Positions 39,901-49,154 of a stretch of DNA of 64,000 nucleotides are shown piece by piece; position 1 is the first letter of the stretch; each line of letters begins with the position of its first letter. The notes under the pieces are model-generated. The model saw nothing but the letters and a program-made list of their open reading frames with translations. It made no database searches and was not told where the DNA came from. The stretch comes from a virus, in the IMG/VR virus record IMGVR_UViG_3300046514_000338, positions 10,937 through 74,936 of that record; one strand, 5' to 3'. A program made the translations under genes and the position numbers.

Positions 39901-40706
39901 TTGGCAGAGCAGTTGTTTCATCTGCAACAGGGGCTATATTAAAAGGTAAGCCAATAGAGTCCCACATAGTAGAAAATCAAAGTAAATATCACGAATCGTC
40001 CAAAGAAGCATTTGATGTTTTAGCACCATATCTAACAGAGAAACCACCTACTGTATCTGAACCAAGTGCTGAAGAATTTACAGCAAATGGCGGCAATAAA
40101 ATAGTAGACAAAAATGGTCAGCCTGTAACATTATTGCATGGAACCAATAATGATAATATAAAGTTTGACAAAGGAACAGTATTTTATGCCACAGACGATA
40201 AACAATTTGCAGACGTATATGGGGAAAAACATTTTCCAGTACAGATAGTCCTTAAAAATCCATACGACTTAACTAATAGCGAAGACGGAATAATTAAAGA
40301 TGAACAAGGCAATCCTATGCTAGATAAAGAAGGGCACCCATATTCCATAAATTATATTGACCAAAATGTTGTAAATGACCTAAAAAGCCGTGGATATGAT
40401 GGCGTTAGAATGGGGAACCAAAGTGTTGTAGCGTTTGATAAATCGCAAATAAGAGAGCCATCTGAATCAAAAAAACAACCAAGTGAAACTCCCCAAGAAC
40501 TTACTGAACCGACTAATAAATTAGAGGCAGAGAAACAGCAGAAGATAGACGAAGCCATGAAACCTGAATTACCTGAAATAAAGGAAATCAGCGATAAGGA
40601 TTTAGTGAAGGCAAAGGATAGGGGGAATGTAATGATAAGGCATGATGAGATAACCGACAAACTTGATAAACTAAAAAAAATTATTGATTGCGTATGGGCG
40701 GCGTAG
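36987..40706 (+). CDS. Large internal virion protein with C-terminal ADP-ribosyltransferase-like (ART-PolyVal-type) domain(s)
   Basis: G.P..L.HGT...FY.TD....A..YG......L.NP...L...GYDGV...VAF...QI near 40090-40455. Confidence 0.65.
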   Translation: MAFVDTDIPEAPLAPPPNGDPLKDMYNILSSPDNKYYTKSFDEFKKKYSSKDEVDKLFDFVSGEQLYTKSKDDFYGKYFPSLTDKKKEDFPLLYPRSKPSSIQSTLGGRLQGEESKPVGVNTKEEVAQFQFPKTSQLPENFSSKDIQKEAERQIAEQGSRISPTETDPLGAIMKGGQTNEADIVGQQTSPYKYQNKGAETVVEQKKQDILNGAFPSADQAKSYLTSVGITNIDTRNVGELLQQAGNNLTKQVAIGKYENFKNVEKAFDYGKRTLGEAAAHWAADHGNEDVKYLIDNRHPINDATMGDLKMQFLQTPELFELADKNPALKQEINEEISNFPATHPETAAKILGDMLADEREQLGQNSSWSNIVSKESGDKLMKGLIDSGKIPMSYMSVYQNEIRPKLGTINGIGRLIGNAIPVVNKAVNEDPITTPGALQGLVRGAENVETDLAKGIVNLTGLNPLSKEQNIQVLLHQQAAKSQFEPTSSLHQLTMHGSEMLPFVASVFLGGNLLRAANIVKSPELASALSMVINSHGQQVDKALMLFPDNDFKQYTYIGTMDLANGFLGRLLPGQKLFGAAEDSEVAGILSSMVDGKISTDAAKNQIINFFKTTIKGAAKGALGGAEYSGAMSGLDDALTRLLQNKGVDLSQTFSKTWEGAKLGLLSTIPAAGLEGMSEGAKGVAQNKGIRNEYINFAHYADYYKGLIADHAKSDPEFAKLAPDILSNLEHLSQTYTDISDKGMGEDRLGRYLANSLSEKIANDKLKVTTDPRVKQEIKDKIEKLDEDQNKILGEKEAVAVTTPRKTGREVTKNGVTVTMPAPPERKSTAVIMPHENVVPENVPLKKEPSAEEPTPKEVGAVSDEKTKFLEENPHSGGALTGNPDKFDKLPDDSEVWVFTATTPNNAKNIIEGGEEYVPELQGQNIKGESKNVYVGSDPRVVSGLGKTIVAFKVKKSDLGLSPEAEKANQSLGRAVVSSATGAILKGKPIESHIVENQSKYHESSKEAFDVLAPYLTEKPPTVSEPSAEEFTANGGNKIVDKNGQPVTLLHGTNNDNIKFDKGTVFYATDDKQFADVYGEKHFPVQIVLKNPYDLTNSEDGIIKDEQGNPMLDKEGHPYSINYIDQNVVNDLKSRGYDGVRMGNQSVVAFDKSQIREPSESKKQPSETPQELTEPTNKLEAEKQQKIDEAMKPELPEIKEISDKDLVKAKDRGNVMIRHDEITDKLDKLKKIIDCVWAA

Positions 40707-41122
40707 AAGAAAAAAATGGTCAGCGACAATTCCTATTGGAGGAAGCAAGGCATGAAGAAATACTATCTGCTTTAAAGCGTATTGCGTCATCTGTTGAAAG
40801 TGAATCAAAGAACGAAATAATATCAAAATCAATAGAGAACAATACAAAAGAAATTGCTAATTTCGGGAGTAAGTTGGGAGAATTGGAAGTAAGGGTTGAT
40901 GCTCCCATTGTGAACGTGCAGACAAATCAGCAACAAGTAATAGCAGCTATAAATGAACTGAAAGCCCAAGGAGCAAGGATTGAGCAGTTACTTACAGAAC
41001 AGAACAGGTATTTTGAAGAAATGTGCAGGCCAAAAGATTATGAGTTTAAGTTTGACCGAAATCATTTGGGAGTAATGCAAAGTCCAATAACAGCAAAAGT
41101 AAAACCCACTTATAACAATTAA
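40694..41122 (+). CDS. Hypothetical coiled protein
   Basis: V.APIVNV motif; C-terminal F.F.R...G. Confidence 0.55.
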   Translation: MGGVEEKNGQRQFLLEEARHEEILSALKRIASSVESESKNEIISKSIENNTKEIANFGSKLGELEVRVDAPIVNVQTNQQQVIAAINELKAQGARIEQLLTEQNRYFEEMCRPKDYEFKFDRNHLGVMQSPITAKVKPTYNN

Positions 41123-41135
41123 AAACTAAAACAAA

Positions 41136-41585
41136 ATGCGTAGATATTCAGGTAGCGGCAACACAAACGCCGGAACAAACTTAACCATTGGTGAAATGGT
41201 TGCTGTAGGAAACACAACTCGCGCCCGTATTTATGACATATTTATCGGGTCAGACGCTACACCCGCCGATGTAGCTACAAAATTCAGGGTGATACGCGGC
41301 ACCGTGTCCGGTACGGCAGCAAGCACATTTACTCCTACAGCACCAGACCCCGGCGACCCTGCATCGCTGATGAGTTTTAAAGTAGGGACGTTTACTGGGC
41401 AATCAAAGACAGCAAGTAGTCAACTATTGGAAATTGCGCTGAATCAACGCGCAACGGTACGTTGGGTGGCCGTCCCCGATAGCGAACTTGTTTCTCCTGC
41501 AACGACTGATAATTGGATTGGGCTTGAATCAATAGCTTCCGGCGGTACTCCTACAATTAGCGTAACATTTTTATGGCAAGAATAA
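41136..41585 (+). CDS. Putative virion decoration protein
   Basis: Thr/Gly-rich beta protein; LNQRAT.RWVA.P. Confidence 0.5.
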   Translation: MRRYSGSGNTNAGTNLTIGEMVAVGNTTRARIYDIFIGSDATPADVATKFRVIRGTVSGTAASTFTPTAPDPGDPASLMSFKVGTFTGQSKTASSQLLEIALNQRATVRWVAVPDSELVSPATTDNWIGLESIASGGTPTISVTFLWQE

Positions 41586-41589
41586 ATAT

Positions 41590-41877
41590 ATGAAAGCATC
41601 AGACATTCTTATCATAAACGGACAGCAAAACTTTGAGGCCGAATCGGTGCGTAAGCCGAGCGGCCACATTATTGTTGAAGGTCAGGAGGTCGCAGATACT
41701 TTGCAGTGTAAGCATTGCAATAGTCATTTTGTGGTTATAAAAGGAAGCGGGGTAAAACGTGGATGGTGTACTCATTGCAATGGTGCGCTATGTGGAAGCC
41801 CAGAATGTATGGAATGTGTTGACTTCCGAAAAAAATTGGATGAATATGAATCTGGAAGGCGTAAAACTTTAAAGTAA
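41590..41877 (+). CDS. Small Cys-rich Zn-binding protein
   Basis: C.HC...C..C...C...C..C. Confidence 0.6.
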   Translation: MKASDILIINGQQNFEAESVRKPSGHIIVEGQEVADTLQCKHCNSHFVVIKGSGVKRGWCTHCNGALCGSPECMECVDFRKKLDEYESGRRKTLK

Positions 41878-41883
41878 TAAACT

Positions 41884-42441
41884 ATGCAAAGCCCATTTTA
41901 CAATGATATAATGCCACCTTTCATATCAGGTGATATTGGTCAGGTTACTCTTGCTACAACAGCTAAAGCATTATATGGTCAATCAAATTTCCCTGTACTT
42001 GGTGGTAACTTTTTTGGGTTTATAGGCAGGGCGATAAGGATAGAACTTTGGGGACGTATCACAACGGCGGCAACTCCCGGTAATGGAAGTTTTGATATTT
42101 ATTATGGTTCAGGTGCAGATGCTAATGGAACAATACTTGCTTCATCGGCTGCACTTGCATTAAGTATAAATCAAACAAGTGTATCATGGATGGCCGTTGT
42201 TGATGTTCATTGTAGAACGATTGGTAATGCTGGAACATTATTTTGCACAGGATATGCTTTATTTAATGTTGGCGTTCTTGCAAGCACTCTTTCACCAATG
42301 TTTATTCCGGCTAACACAGCAGTAGTATCAGCGGGTATTGACCTTACGGCAGCAAATATTATTTCTGTTCAGTTTAAACGGTCTGGGTCAACAGCAGAAA
42401 CTATGCAAATTCACAACATGCGAGTAATTGCCTTAAATTAA
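41884..42441 (+). CDS. Putative virion decoration / fibre-tip protein
   Basis: Beta-rich and Thr/Ala/Gly-rich. Confidence 0.5.
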   Translation: MQSPFYNDIMPPFISGDIGQVTLATTAKALYGQSNFPVLGGNFFGFIGRAIRIELWGRITTAATPGNGSFDIYYGSGADANGTILASSAALALSINQTSVSWMAVVDVHCRTIGNAGTLFCTGYALFNVGVLASTLSPMFIPANTAVVSAGIDLTAANIISVQFKRSGSTAETMQIHNMRVIALN

Positions 42442-42454
42442 TCAATAAAAAGAT

Positions 42455-44416
42455 GTGGCATATCGGGACTCATCGTTTACATCGGCGAATGCACTTTCGC
42501 TAAACGCCACTAAACCTACTCTTACACAAGTAGGCGATATTCTTTATACATATTTTTTTACAGATGGTGGATTAAATTCTGGTATCACTCTAACGCCACC
42601 TACAGGATGGACACTTGTTCCCGGCAGCAATCAAGGTGCTAATACAGGTGCGCCCGATGGATGGTCTTCGTGGGTGTACTGGAAAATGGCTGGTCCAAGC
42701 GAACCGGCGACCTACACATGGACGATTGGCGGCATCCCTGCCACAGATATTTCCGCTTACATAGTAGCCTTATCGGGAAGAAAAGCATCCCCTCCGGTCA
42801 TTTCTCACGGCACAGTAAACACAACAGGTAATGCCACACCTGTAACGGTTTCTGATAGTGGCATAACACCACTTAATAGAGATGATGTTTTAGTCTTTGC
42901 TATAGGAGATATTACGGTAGGCACAGATGCGTGGTCATTCGGGACACTTACAAATTATACTAGACGGCAGAATACACAAAATGGCTTTAATGTAGGTGTT
43001 TGTTATACGCGAGACGATGTTGCTGCCGCCGCTACCGGGACAATATCGGTAACGCTAACCCGAAATTCTGGAACGGGAACGTCAGGATGGGGAATGTTTG
43101 TATTATCTGTTCCCGCCGCTACAGTCGCGCCAACATCAAACCCAACACGACGTCTATTTCGGGGAGGTAATGTAAAACTTGTTCGGCTAGGAAGAATGCC
43201 ACTTGCCCCGCTTCCCGATACTACAAATATTTCATGGATTGTTCCCGCTGAACCATTACCACGAACCAAGTCGTTACCAACGGCATTATTAACAGACTCA
43301 TCGTTTTTTGTTCAGGTATTAAGCCAAGAAGTTATAACGGTAGATAAGTGGGTACAACCAATTTCCCAACCATATTTAAAGACAGCGTATAGGCAAACGG
43401 GTGGCGAAGCAAGATTTGAAGTTCCACGAACTATACTTGTTACCGATTGGTTTCAGCTAGCAAGTGAGCCTGTAAGAAGAAAGCCTACGCAATTATTGGG
43501 AGGAGAATTTAGATTTGAATTACCTAGAGCGATATTAGTTACCGATTGGTTCCAAGAAGCTAGCCAACCATATTTTTCAAAAAGAAGAGACACTAATTTC
43601 GGGGAGTACAGGTTTGAAGTACCACGGGCTATTTTACTTAGCGATTGGTTTCAGCCAACGTCAGTTCCTTATTTTTCAAAGCTAAGAAACTCAAATTTCG
43701 GTGAATATAGATTTGAACTTCCAAGAACCATTTTAGTTACTGATTGGTTCCAGCCACTATCTGCACCATATTTTACTAAAAGAAGGGATGCCAATACTGG
43801 AGAATACAGGTTTGAGTTGCCTAGAGAGATATTGCTATCGGATTGGTTCAATGAAACGAGCCAGCCGGTACAAAAACTAATAAGGCAGCTACTCGGCGGC
43901 GAGGTGAGGATTGATGTGCTTACCCCTGCCGAAATAATCACCCTTGATAAGTGGTACAATGACACTAGCCAGCCCTATTTTAATCGAAAAACAAATAGTA
44001 ACTTTGGTGAGTACCGTTTTGAAGTACCGAGGGAGATATTACTTTCAGATTGGTTTCATGATACAAGCCAGCCTGTAAAAGATAAAGTGCGGCAGTTGTT
44101 GGGCGGTGCGGTAAGTATCGAAATAATAATTCCTCCCGAAGTAATCACGCTTGATAAATGGTATCAGGAAACGCAACAGCCGTACTTTACTAGGTTAACG
44201 CAGACAGACCAATATGAGTTCAGGGTTGATGTGGTTGAAACGCCGCCACCGACAGGGACAGTACCATACCAATTTGTAGAAATAATTAACGAACCGGAGG
44301 GCGGTAGTCACAACGAAAGAAGAAGGCAGGAAGAGCAACAAAATATCAATGAAATATTAAAAGACGATGAAGCTATTAGGTTTATATTAAAAAAATGGTT
44401 AAACCACTTTAATTAA
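42455..44416 (+). CDS. Putative virion surface protein with nine ~33 aa repeats
   Basis: N-terminal P.....GD...PTGWT...YWK.A..SEP..YTW domain; repeat block; acidic DDE..I C-terminus. Confidence 0.65.
   Translation: MAYRDSSFTSANALSLNATKPTLTQVGDILYTYFFTDGGLNSGITLTPPTGWTLVPGSNQGANTGAPDGWSSWVYWKMAGPSEPATYTWTIGGIPATDISAYIVALSGRKASPPVISHGTVNTTGNATPVTVSDSGITPLNRDDVLVFAIGDITVGTDAWSFGTLTNYTRRQNTQNGFNVGVCYTRDDVAAAATGTISVTLTRNSGTGTSGWGMFVLSVPAATVAPTSNPTRRLFRGGNVKLVRLGRMPLAPLPDTTNISWIVPAEPLPRTKSLPTALLTDSSFFVQVLSQEVITVDKWVQPISQPYLKTAYRQTGGEARFEVPRTILVTDWFQLASEPVRRKPTQLLGGEFRFELPRAILVTDWFQEASQPYFSKRRDTNFGEYRFEVPRAILLSDWFQPTSVPYFSKLRNSNFGEYRFELPRTILVTDWFQPLSAPYFTKRRDANTGEYRFELPREILLSDWFNETSQPVQKLIRQLLGGEVRIDVLTPAEIITLDKWYNDTSQPYFNRKTNSNFGEYRFEVPREILLSDWFHDTSQPVKDKVRQLLGGAVSIEIIIPPEVITLDKWYQETQQPYFTRLTQTDQYEFRVDVVETPPPTGTVPYQFVEIINEPEGGSHNERRRQEEQQNINEILKDDEAIRFILKKWLNHFN
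43330..44235 (+). repeat. Coding tandem repeat, ~99-111 bp unit
   Basis: Unit consensus DWFQ..SQPYF.K.....GEYRFE.PR.IL; nine copies; synonymous positions diverged. Confidence 0.85.
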
Positions 44417-44417
44417 A

Positions 44418-47400
44418 ATGGCAGTCACCGAAAAAAATTGCTTTGAAATCCACGGTAGAAAAGATTTGGGAAGTCTTTTCAGAGATAAAGTGAAAAGCGG
44501 TATCGACGAAAAGCAGGCCGCAAGGGAAGTGATACTTGATGAACATAAGAGCCTCTACGACCAAATGCAATCATTGGGCAAAGAGGTGCTTGGTAAAAAG
44601 TATAAAGCATCCCCTTATGAAAAACCCGATAACGCCGCAGAAATAAGTCAAATCAATAAGGAACATGAAAACGTTGTCACAAAATCTACTCAACAAACTA
44701 AACAAGTCCCCGCAGAAAAAAAAGTCGGAACAACTAAACCTACTACTGAAACTAAGCGAAAAGCAAAAGAAGTCAAGGCTGAACCAAAAAAGTCCGTCCT
44801 TGATAAACCGTTTAAAGAAGTCTCTATAGATGATATACTAGGAGAGTTAACTAGGCTTCGCGGAGGTAATGAGGAAAGGGTAGGTGCCGGCGGTAAGGCA
44901 GCAGGCGGCGCAACAGCAGCAGAGCACATGAGGATGGCAAAGACTGTACTTGGCAAACTTTTCCCCAAAGCAACATTCGAGTCGTATAATACAACAGAAG
45001 AGTATCTTAAAAATGGTGGCATAGAGGGGTCAAGGGGAAGGTTTCTTGCTGATAAAAATGGTGAGCACAGAATTTTACTTGACCTTCAAAAAATGGCCGA
45101 ACATGGTGTAACTAAAACGCCAACACATGAAGTCCTCCATGCAATCGTTTATGGTAAATATGGAATAAACACAGATGCCTTAAAGAAAACATGGAATGAA
45201 CTTTCTACGACAATGAAAGGTGTAAAAGGGATGGATGCCGTATTCTCCCACCTTGAAAATTACGATGAGCCAAGGCAACTGCCATCCGAAGGAATCACAG
45301 AACTGCTTACCCAACTAGTACACGGCAACATTGATATAAAAGACCTTCCACTATTAAGGCAAAATAAAATCATAGAAGTAGTTAATAAACTGCTTAAACA
45401 AATTGGTGTTGATTTCCAGTTTGGCAATGCAGACGATTTCCAAAAATTCGCGCAGGAAGTAAAAAATACATTTGAAGGTAAAGGTGAGGAAGGTTTGCAG
45501 AAAATACTTTCAGAAAAAAGAACCGACAAGTATCACACAGATTATGAAAGGCAACTTGCTCAGTTAGAGATAGACCCGGAGCACGTAAAGAAGTTACGCG
45601 CTCTGCTATCTATTAAATTAAAAATGGAAGTTGATTCTGGCAGATTGTCGCAAGAACAAGCCAATGAGTATTTAAAAAAAGCAGGAGTACAACCAACGGA
45701 GGCAAAAGCAAAGGGGGCTGCCGTTACTATGCCAAAAGAAGAACCGAAGGAAGAGGACGTAGCCGACGAAGTAGACAAACTTGAATCAGGTAAACCGCCG
45801 CATAAAGGAGATGAGTTTGCATTAGGTACTGAAGTAGAGGAAGAGGGAACCGGCATTAGGAAAGAAGCAACTGACGCAATAAGAGAAAAATATGGTCTTT
45901 CAGAAAGCAAACGAGACAATCCAACGCATGCAGAATTAGAGGCACAAGCAGAGGCGGCGATACGAAAAGGGTATAACCCGGAAACGCTAGTTGCACAAAT
46001 GGAGCGCGGTATTACCAACAATGGGGTAGAAAATTTCATAGCTAAAAAATATTTGGCTACACTAGAGGCTCAATATGAGCGTGACGCAGACCCGGCTACT
46101 CTTGAAAAAATCAATAGGTTCACCAAAGCTACTCGTCAGGTAGGTTCTCTTGCATCGGAATCATTAAGCACTAGACGCGGATTAGTCCCCACAGAAGATA
46201 GCCGCGCTGATTTTTTCATTAACGAATTAGACACCAACAATGGCGCTCCGCTCACAGAGCAGCAAAACAAAACTGCAAGCGAAGAGTATGAAAAATTAAA
46301 AATAGCTAGGAAGAAACTTGATGATGACACTAAGGCATTTGAAGAAAAAGTGAAAGCATTAAAAGCCGAAAAACAAATTGGTTCAACTACCAAAGGTAAG
46401 AGTAAGCCAACAACCGAAAGAAAAGCAACGCTTGCAGACGAGCGCAAGGATATTTTAAAATCTATTTCCGCTAAATGGAAAACTGCCGGTAAGGATAAAC
46501 TGTCTAGCGACCTTCCATACAGACAGCAAATTGCGGCCATTGCTCCTGACGTAGTAAAATTAGGCAGGAATCTTTTTGAGGATGGTGTTACGCGGCTCGA
46601 AGATGTTGTAAATAAAATTTACGACACAATAAAAAGCGATGTGGATATTACGCCACAAGATATTCATGATATTTTAGCAGGTGAGTACAAGCAAACAAGA
46701 CCAACCAAAAGTGAGGCCGCTATTGCTTATGAAACACTCCGGCAGAAAGCTACCTTAATCAATAAACTTGAAAAAGCGCAATCAGGCCAAGCGCCCACTG
46801 AAAAGAAACAAAGGAAAAAAAATCAGGAGATAGAGGCGTTTAAAAAAGAACTTGGTCTTGATAAGTTTGAACAATTGCAGGCATTGAAAAACAGGACGAA
46901 TGAGAATGTAGAAAAAGCACTTGCCCAACTTAACAGTGGGAACTTCGCGCCTCCTAAAGAAAAGAAAATTCCATTGATGGAAGATAAGGAGTTGCAAAAA
47001 CAATTTCCTAAAGAGTTTAATCAAGTTAAAAATTCAATCAACCAATACATTGACCTTAAAAGGCAGATTGCATTACGCAGGTTAAAAGAAATGTATGAGC
47101 AAAAACCACTTGAAGAAAAAACACTTGATGTATTTACCAAGGCATTGAACATTCCCCGTACACTAATGGCATCTTTTGACTATTCAGCACCATTAAGGCA
47201 GGGTATTGTAGCAAGTATCTCCCATCCTATAATGGCGAAGCAAGCATTAAAATTTATGTTTCAAGCATCCGCTAGCCAGCATGTTTACAACAGGTGGCTT
47301 GATGCTGTTCATAAAGACCCAAGATGGGAGGTAGCACAAAAAACAGGTCTAGGTATAACAGACCCGGAATCTATTCATTTAAGACAAGCAGAAGAAGCGT

Positions 47401-48383
47401 TTCAGGGTGCTCCGTATGCAGAAAAAATACCGTTAGTGGGTCTTGGCGTAGTAGCAAGTGAACGTGCGTACATAGGTTATCTGAATCATCTCCGGTGGAA
47501 TATGTTTAATATGTATGTTACTAGATTTGAAGACCAAGGTTTTACTTATGAAAATAACAAAAGACTATATGAAGGAATTTCTTCTCTCATCAATAGTGAA
47601 ACAGGGCGTGGCGGCATGGGATTAAAGCCACTTGAAAAAGCCGCTCCCGTTATGAACTGGCTTTTGTTTGCCTCAAAGCTAATGGCCTCCCGAATGAATA
47701 TGCTTGGCCTTACTGATATTCCCAATTTAGCTATCAGGGGAGCCACATTTGGTAAATATGGTATTGACTACGGATTTTACACAAGACTTCCTAGACCATT
47801 ACGCATAGATGCAGCAAAGGACATGGTTCGTTTCATTGGTGTTGGTGTGGCTACACTCATTATAGCAAAACAATTAGGAGCAGACGTAGAAACAGACCCA
47901 CGGAGTTCTGACTTCGGGAAAATTCGTCATGGTAATACACGATGGGACGTTTGGGGAGGCTTTCAACCATACGCAAGAGTATTAACGCAGTTTCTCACAG
48001 GAGAACGTAAATCTGCAAGTAGCGGGAAGATACAGGAGTTAACGGGTAAAAGTTTTATGGGAGAAACAAGAGGAACGCCAATACTTTCATTTTTAAGAGG
48101 GAAGTTAGCGCCTATTCCCGGTGCGCTTTTTGACCAATTTTTCGCAGGAGGTCGTGATGTAACGGGTCAGCCGGTATCTCCATTGGGTGAGTTGCCAAAA
48201 AACCTAATCCCATTACTTTTTCAAGACGTATATCAGGCTATGCAAGACCAAGGTGTGAAAGCTATTTTCACGGTGGGCGTACCATCGGCGTTTGGGGTAG
48301 GAGTGCAGACATATCAGCCTAGGCTAATTAAAAATCCACACGAAAGACGGGCAAGGGGAGTGCGAAAAGTAACAACAGAATAA
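44418..48383 (+). CDS. Large polyvalent-type virion protein with zincin (HEXXH) domain
   Basis: G.F......I.L....T..HEVLH...E; C-terminal DPRSSDFGKI..GNTR.D.WGG.Q. Confidence 0.65.
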   Translation: MAVTEKNCFEIHGRKDLGSLFRDKVKSGIDEKQAAREVILDEHKSLYDQMQSLGKEVLGKKYKASPYEKPDNAAEISQINKEHENVVTKSTQQTKQVPAEKKVGTTKPTTETKRKAKEVKAEPKKSVLDKPFKEVSIDDILGELTRLRGGNEERVGAGGKAAGGATAAEHMRMAKTVLGKLFPKATFESYNTTEEYLKNGGIEGSRGRFLADKNGEHRILLDLQKMAEHGVTKTPTHEVLHAIVYGKYGINTDALKKTWNELSTTMKGVKGMDAVFSHLENYDEPRQLPSEGITELLTQLVHGNIDIKDLPLLRQNKIIEVVNKLLKQIGVDFQFGNADDFQKFAQEVKNTFEGKGEEGLQKILSEKRTDKYHTDYERQLAQLEIDPEHVKKLRALLSIKLKMEVDSGRLSQEQANEYLKKAGVQPTEAKAKGAAVTMPKEEPKEEDVADEVDKLESGKPPHKGDEFALGTEVEEEGTGIRKEATDAIREKYGLSESKRDNPTHAELEAQAEAAIRKGYNPETLVAQMERGITNNGVENFIAKKYLATLEAQYERDADPATLEKINRFTKATRQVGSLASESLSTRRGLVPTEDSRADFFINELDTNNGAPLTEQQNKTASEEYEKLKIARKKLDDDTKAFEEKVKALKAEKQIGSTTKGKSKPTTERKATLADERKDILKSISAKWKTAGKDKLSSDLPYRQQIAAIAPDVVKLGRNLFEDGVTRLEDVVNKIYDTIKSDVDITPQDIHDILAGEYKQTRPTKSEAAIAYETLRQKATLINKLEKAQSGQAPTEKKQRKKNQEIEAFKKELGLDKFEQLQALKNRTNENVEKALAQLNSGNFAPPKEKKIPLMEDKELQKQFPKEFNQVKNSINQYIDLKRQIALRRLKEMYEQKPLEEKTLDVFTKALNIPRTLMASFDYSAPLRQGIVASISHPIMAKQALKFMFQASASQHVYNRWLDAVHKDPRWEVAQKTGLGITDPESIHLRQAEEAFQGAPYAEKIPLVGLGVVASERAYIGYLNHLRWNMFNMYVTRFEDQGFTYENNKRLYEGISSLINSETGRGGMGLKPLEKAAPVMNWLLFASKLMASRMNMLGLTDIPNLAIRGATFGKYGIDYGFYTRLPRPLRIDAAKDMVRFIGVGVATLIIAKQLGADVETDPRSSDFGKIRHGNTRWDVWGGFQPYARVLTQFLTGERKSASSGKIQELTGKSFMGETRGTPILSFLRGKLAPIPGALFDQFFAGGRDVTGQPVSPLGELPKNLIPLLFQDVYQAMQDQGVKAIFTVGVPSAFGVGVQTYQPRLIKNPHERRARGVRKVTTE

Positions 48384-48411
48384 ATTATTTTTAAACCCAA
48401 AATTATACATT

Positions 48412-48591
48412 ATGCCATTCGATAGCAAAGCACAGATGAGGGCTGCATTTGGAGGCTACCTCGGAAAAGAAATGAAAGATAAAGCGCAGGAATTTGCTGC
48501 CGCTACGCCAAACATCAAATCACTTCCGCAGCATGTGGGCGACAGTAAAAAGAAGGTAAAAGTGCGCGTAAAAAAGAAGCCAAAAAGTTAA
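48412..48591 (+). CDS. Small basic protein, 59 aa (below ORF-track cutoff)
   Basis: MPFDSKAQMR...A.EFA..TP..K.LP.HV...KKKVKVRVKKKPKS. Confidence 0.7.
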   Translation: MPFDSKAQMRAAFGGYLGKEMKDKAQEFAAATPNIKSLPQHVGDSKKKVKVRVKKKPKS

Positions 48592-48632
48592 GAAAAAAGT
48601 ATTATTTTTAACCGTAAATCCAACATCAAACC

Positions 48633-49154
48633 ATGCCTCTAGTCCCTAATTTTTCTACTAGCCAAAGTCTAGCCACGCTTTCAAATGTAACATTTACCGA
48701 CACTAGCACAGGGTCAGATGGCACTATCACCACACGACGAATTACAGTTGTCCTTCCAAACGGGAATTATCTTACCGCTGCCGGGGAATCGACTACACCA
48801 GCTTATATCAATTGGCCGTATGCGCAACCATCTATTACGGTATCACTTCTTTCAAAATCTAAGGCTGCAACAGTAGTAGTAGAGTGGTTTGCTGGTGCTG
48901 TTTCTACATATGTAAAAGTTCTTATTTCACTTTGGGATTTGTATGATTATGTCTACGGCATTGGCCTTATTTCTGACATGACTAGTGACCCAGACATTAT
49001 TTCAGACAAGGATTGGTATTCAAATTTCTTCAAATTCGTGACGAATATATGGATAGCAGAATCGGCGATAACTTATGGTAGTGATACATATAGTTCGCAG
49101 CGGGCGCTAAATGTGAATCAAAGTATGATGACGCATAGCAATCAGGTATTCTAA
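48633..49154 (+). CDS. Putative tail structural protein
   Basis: FTDTSTG.D motif; position. Confidence 0.55.
   Translation: MPLVPNFSTSQSLATLSNVTFTDTSTGSDGTITTRRITVVLPNGNYLTAAGESTTPAYINWPYAQPSITVSLLSKSKAATVVVEWFAGAVSTYVKVLISLWDLYDYVYGIGLISDMTSDPDIISDKDWYSNFFKFVTNIWIAESAITYGSDTYSSQRALNVNQSMMTHSNQVF

Noticed and set aside
25050-41380. Other CTGATGA matches (e.g. near 25055, 38053, 39573, 41367) as hammerheads
   Set aside because: They lie inside coding regions and lack a properly placed stem II-GAAA-stem III-UH arrangement
34892-48383. crAss-like virion RNA polymerase among the large proteins
   Set aside because: No DxDxD catalytic motif in an RNAP-like context was seen, and early genes have host-type promoters
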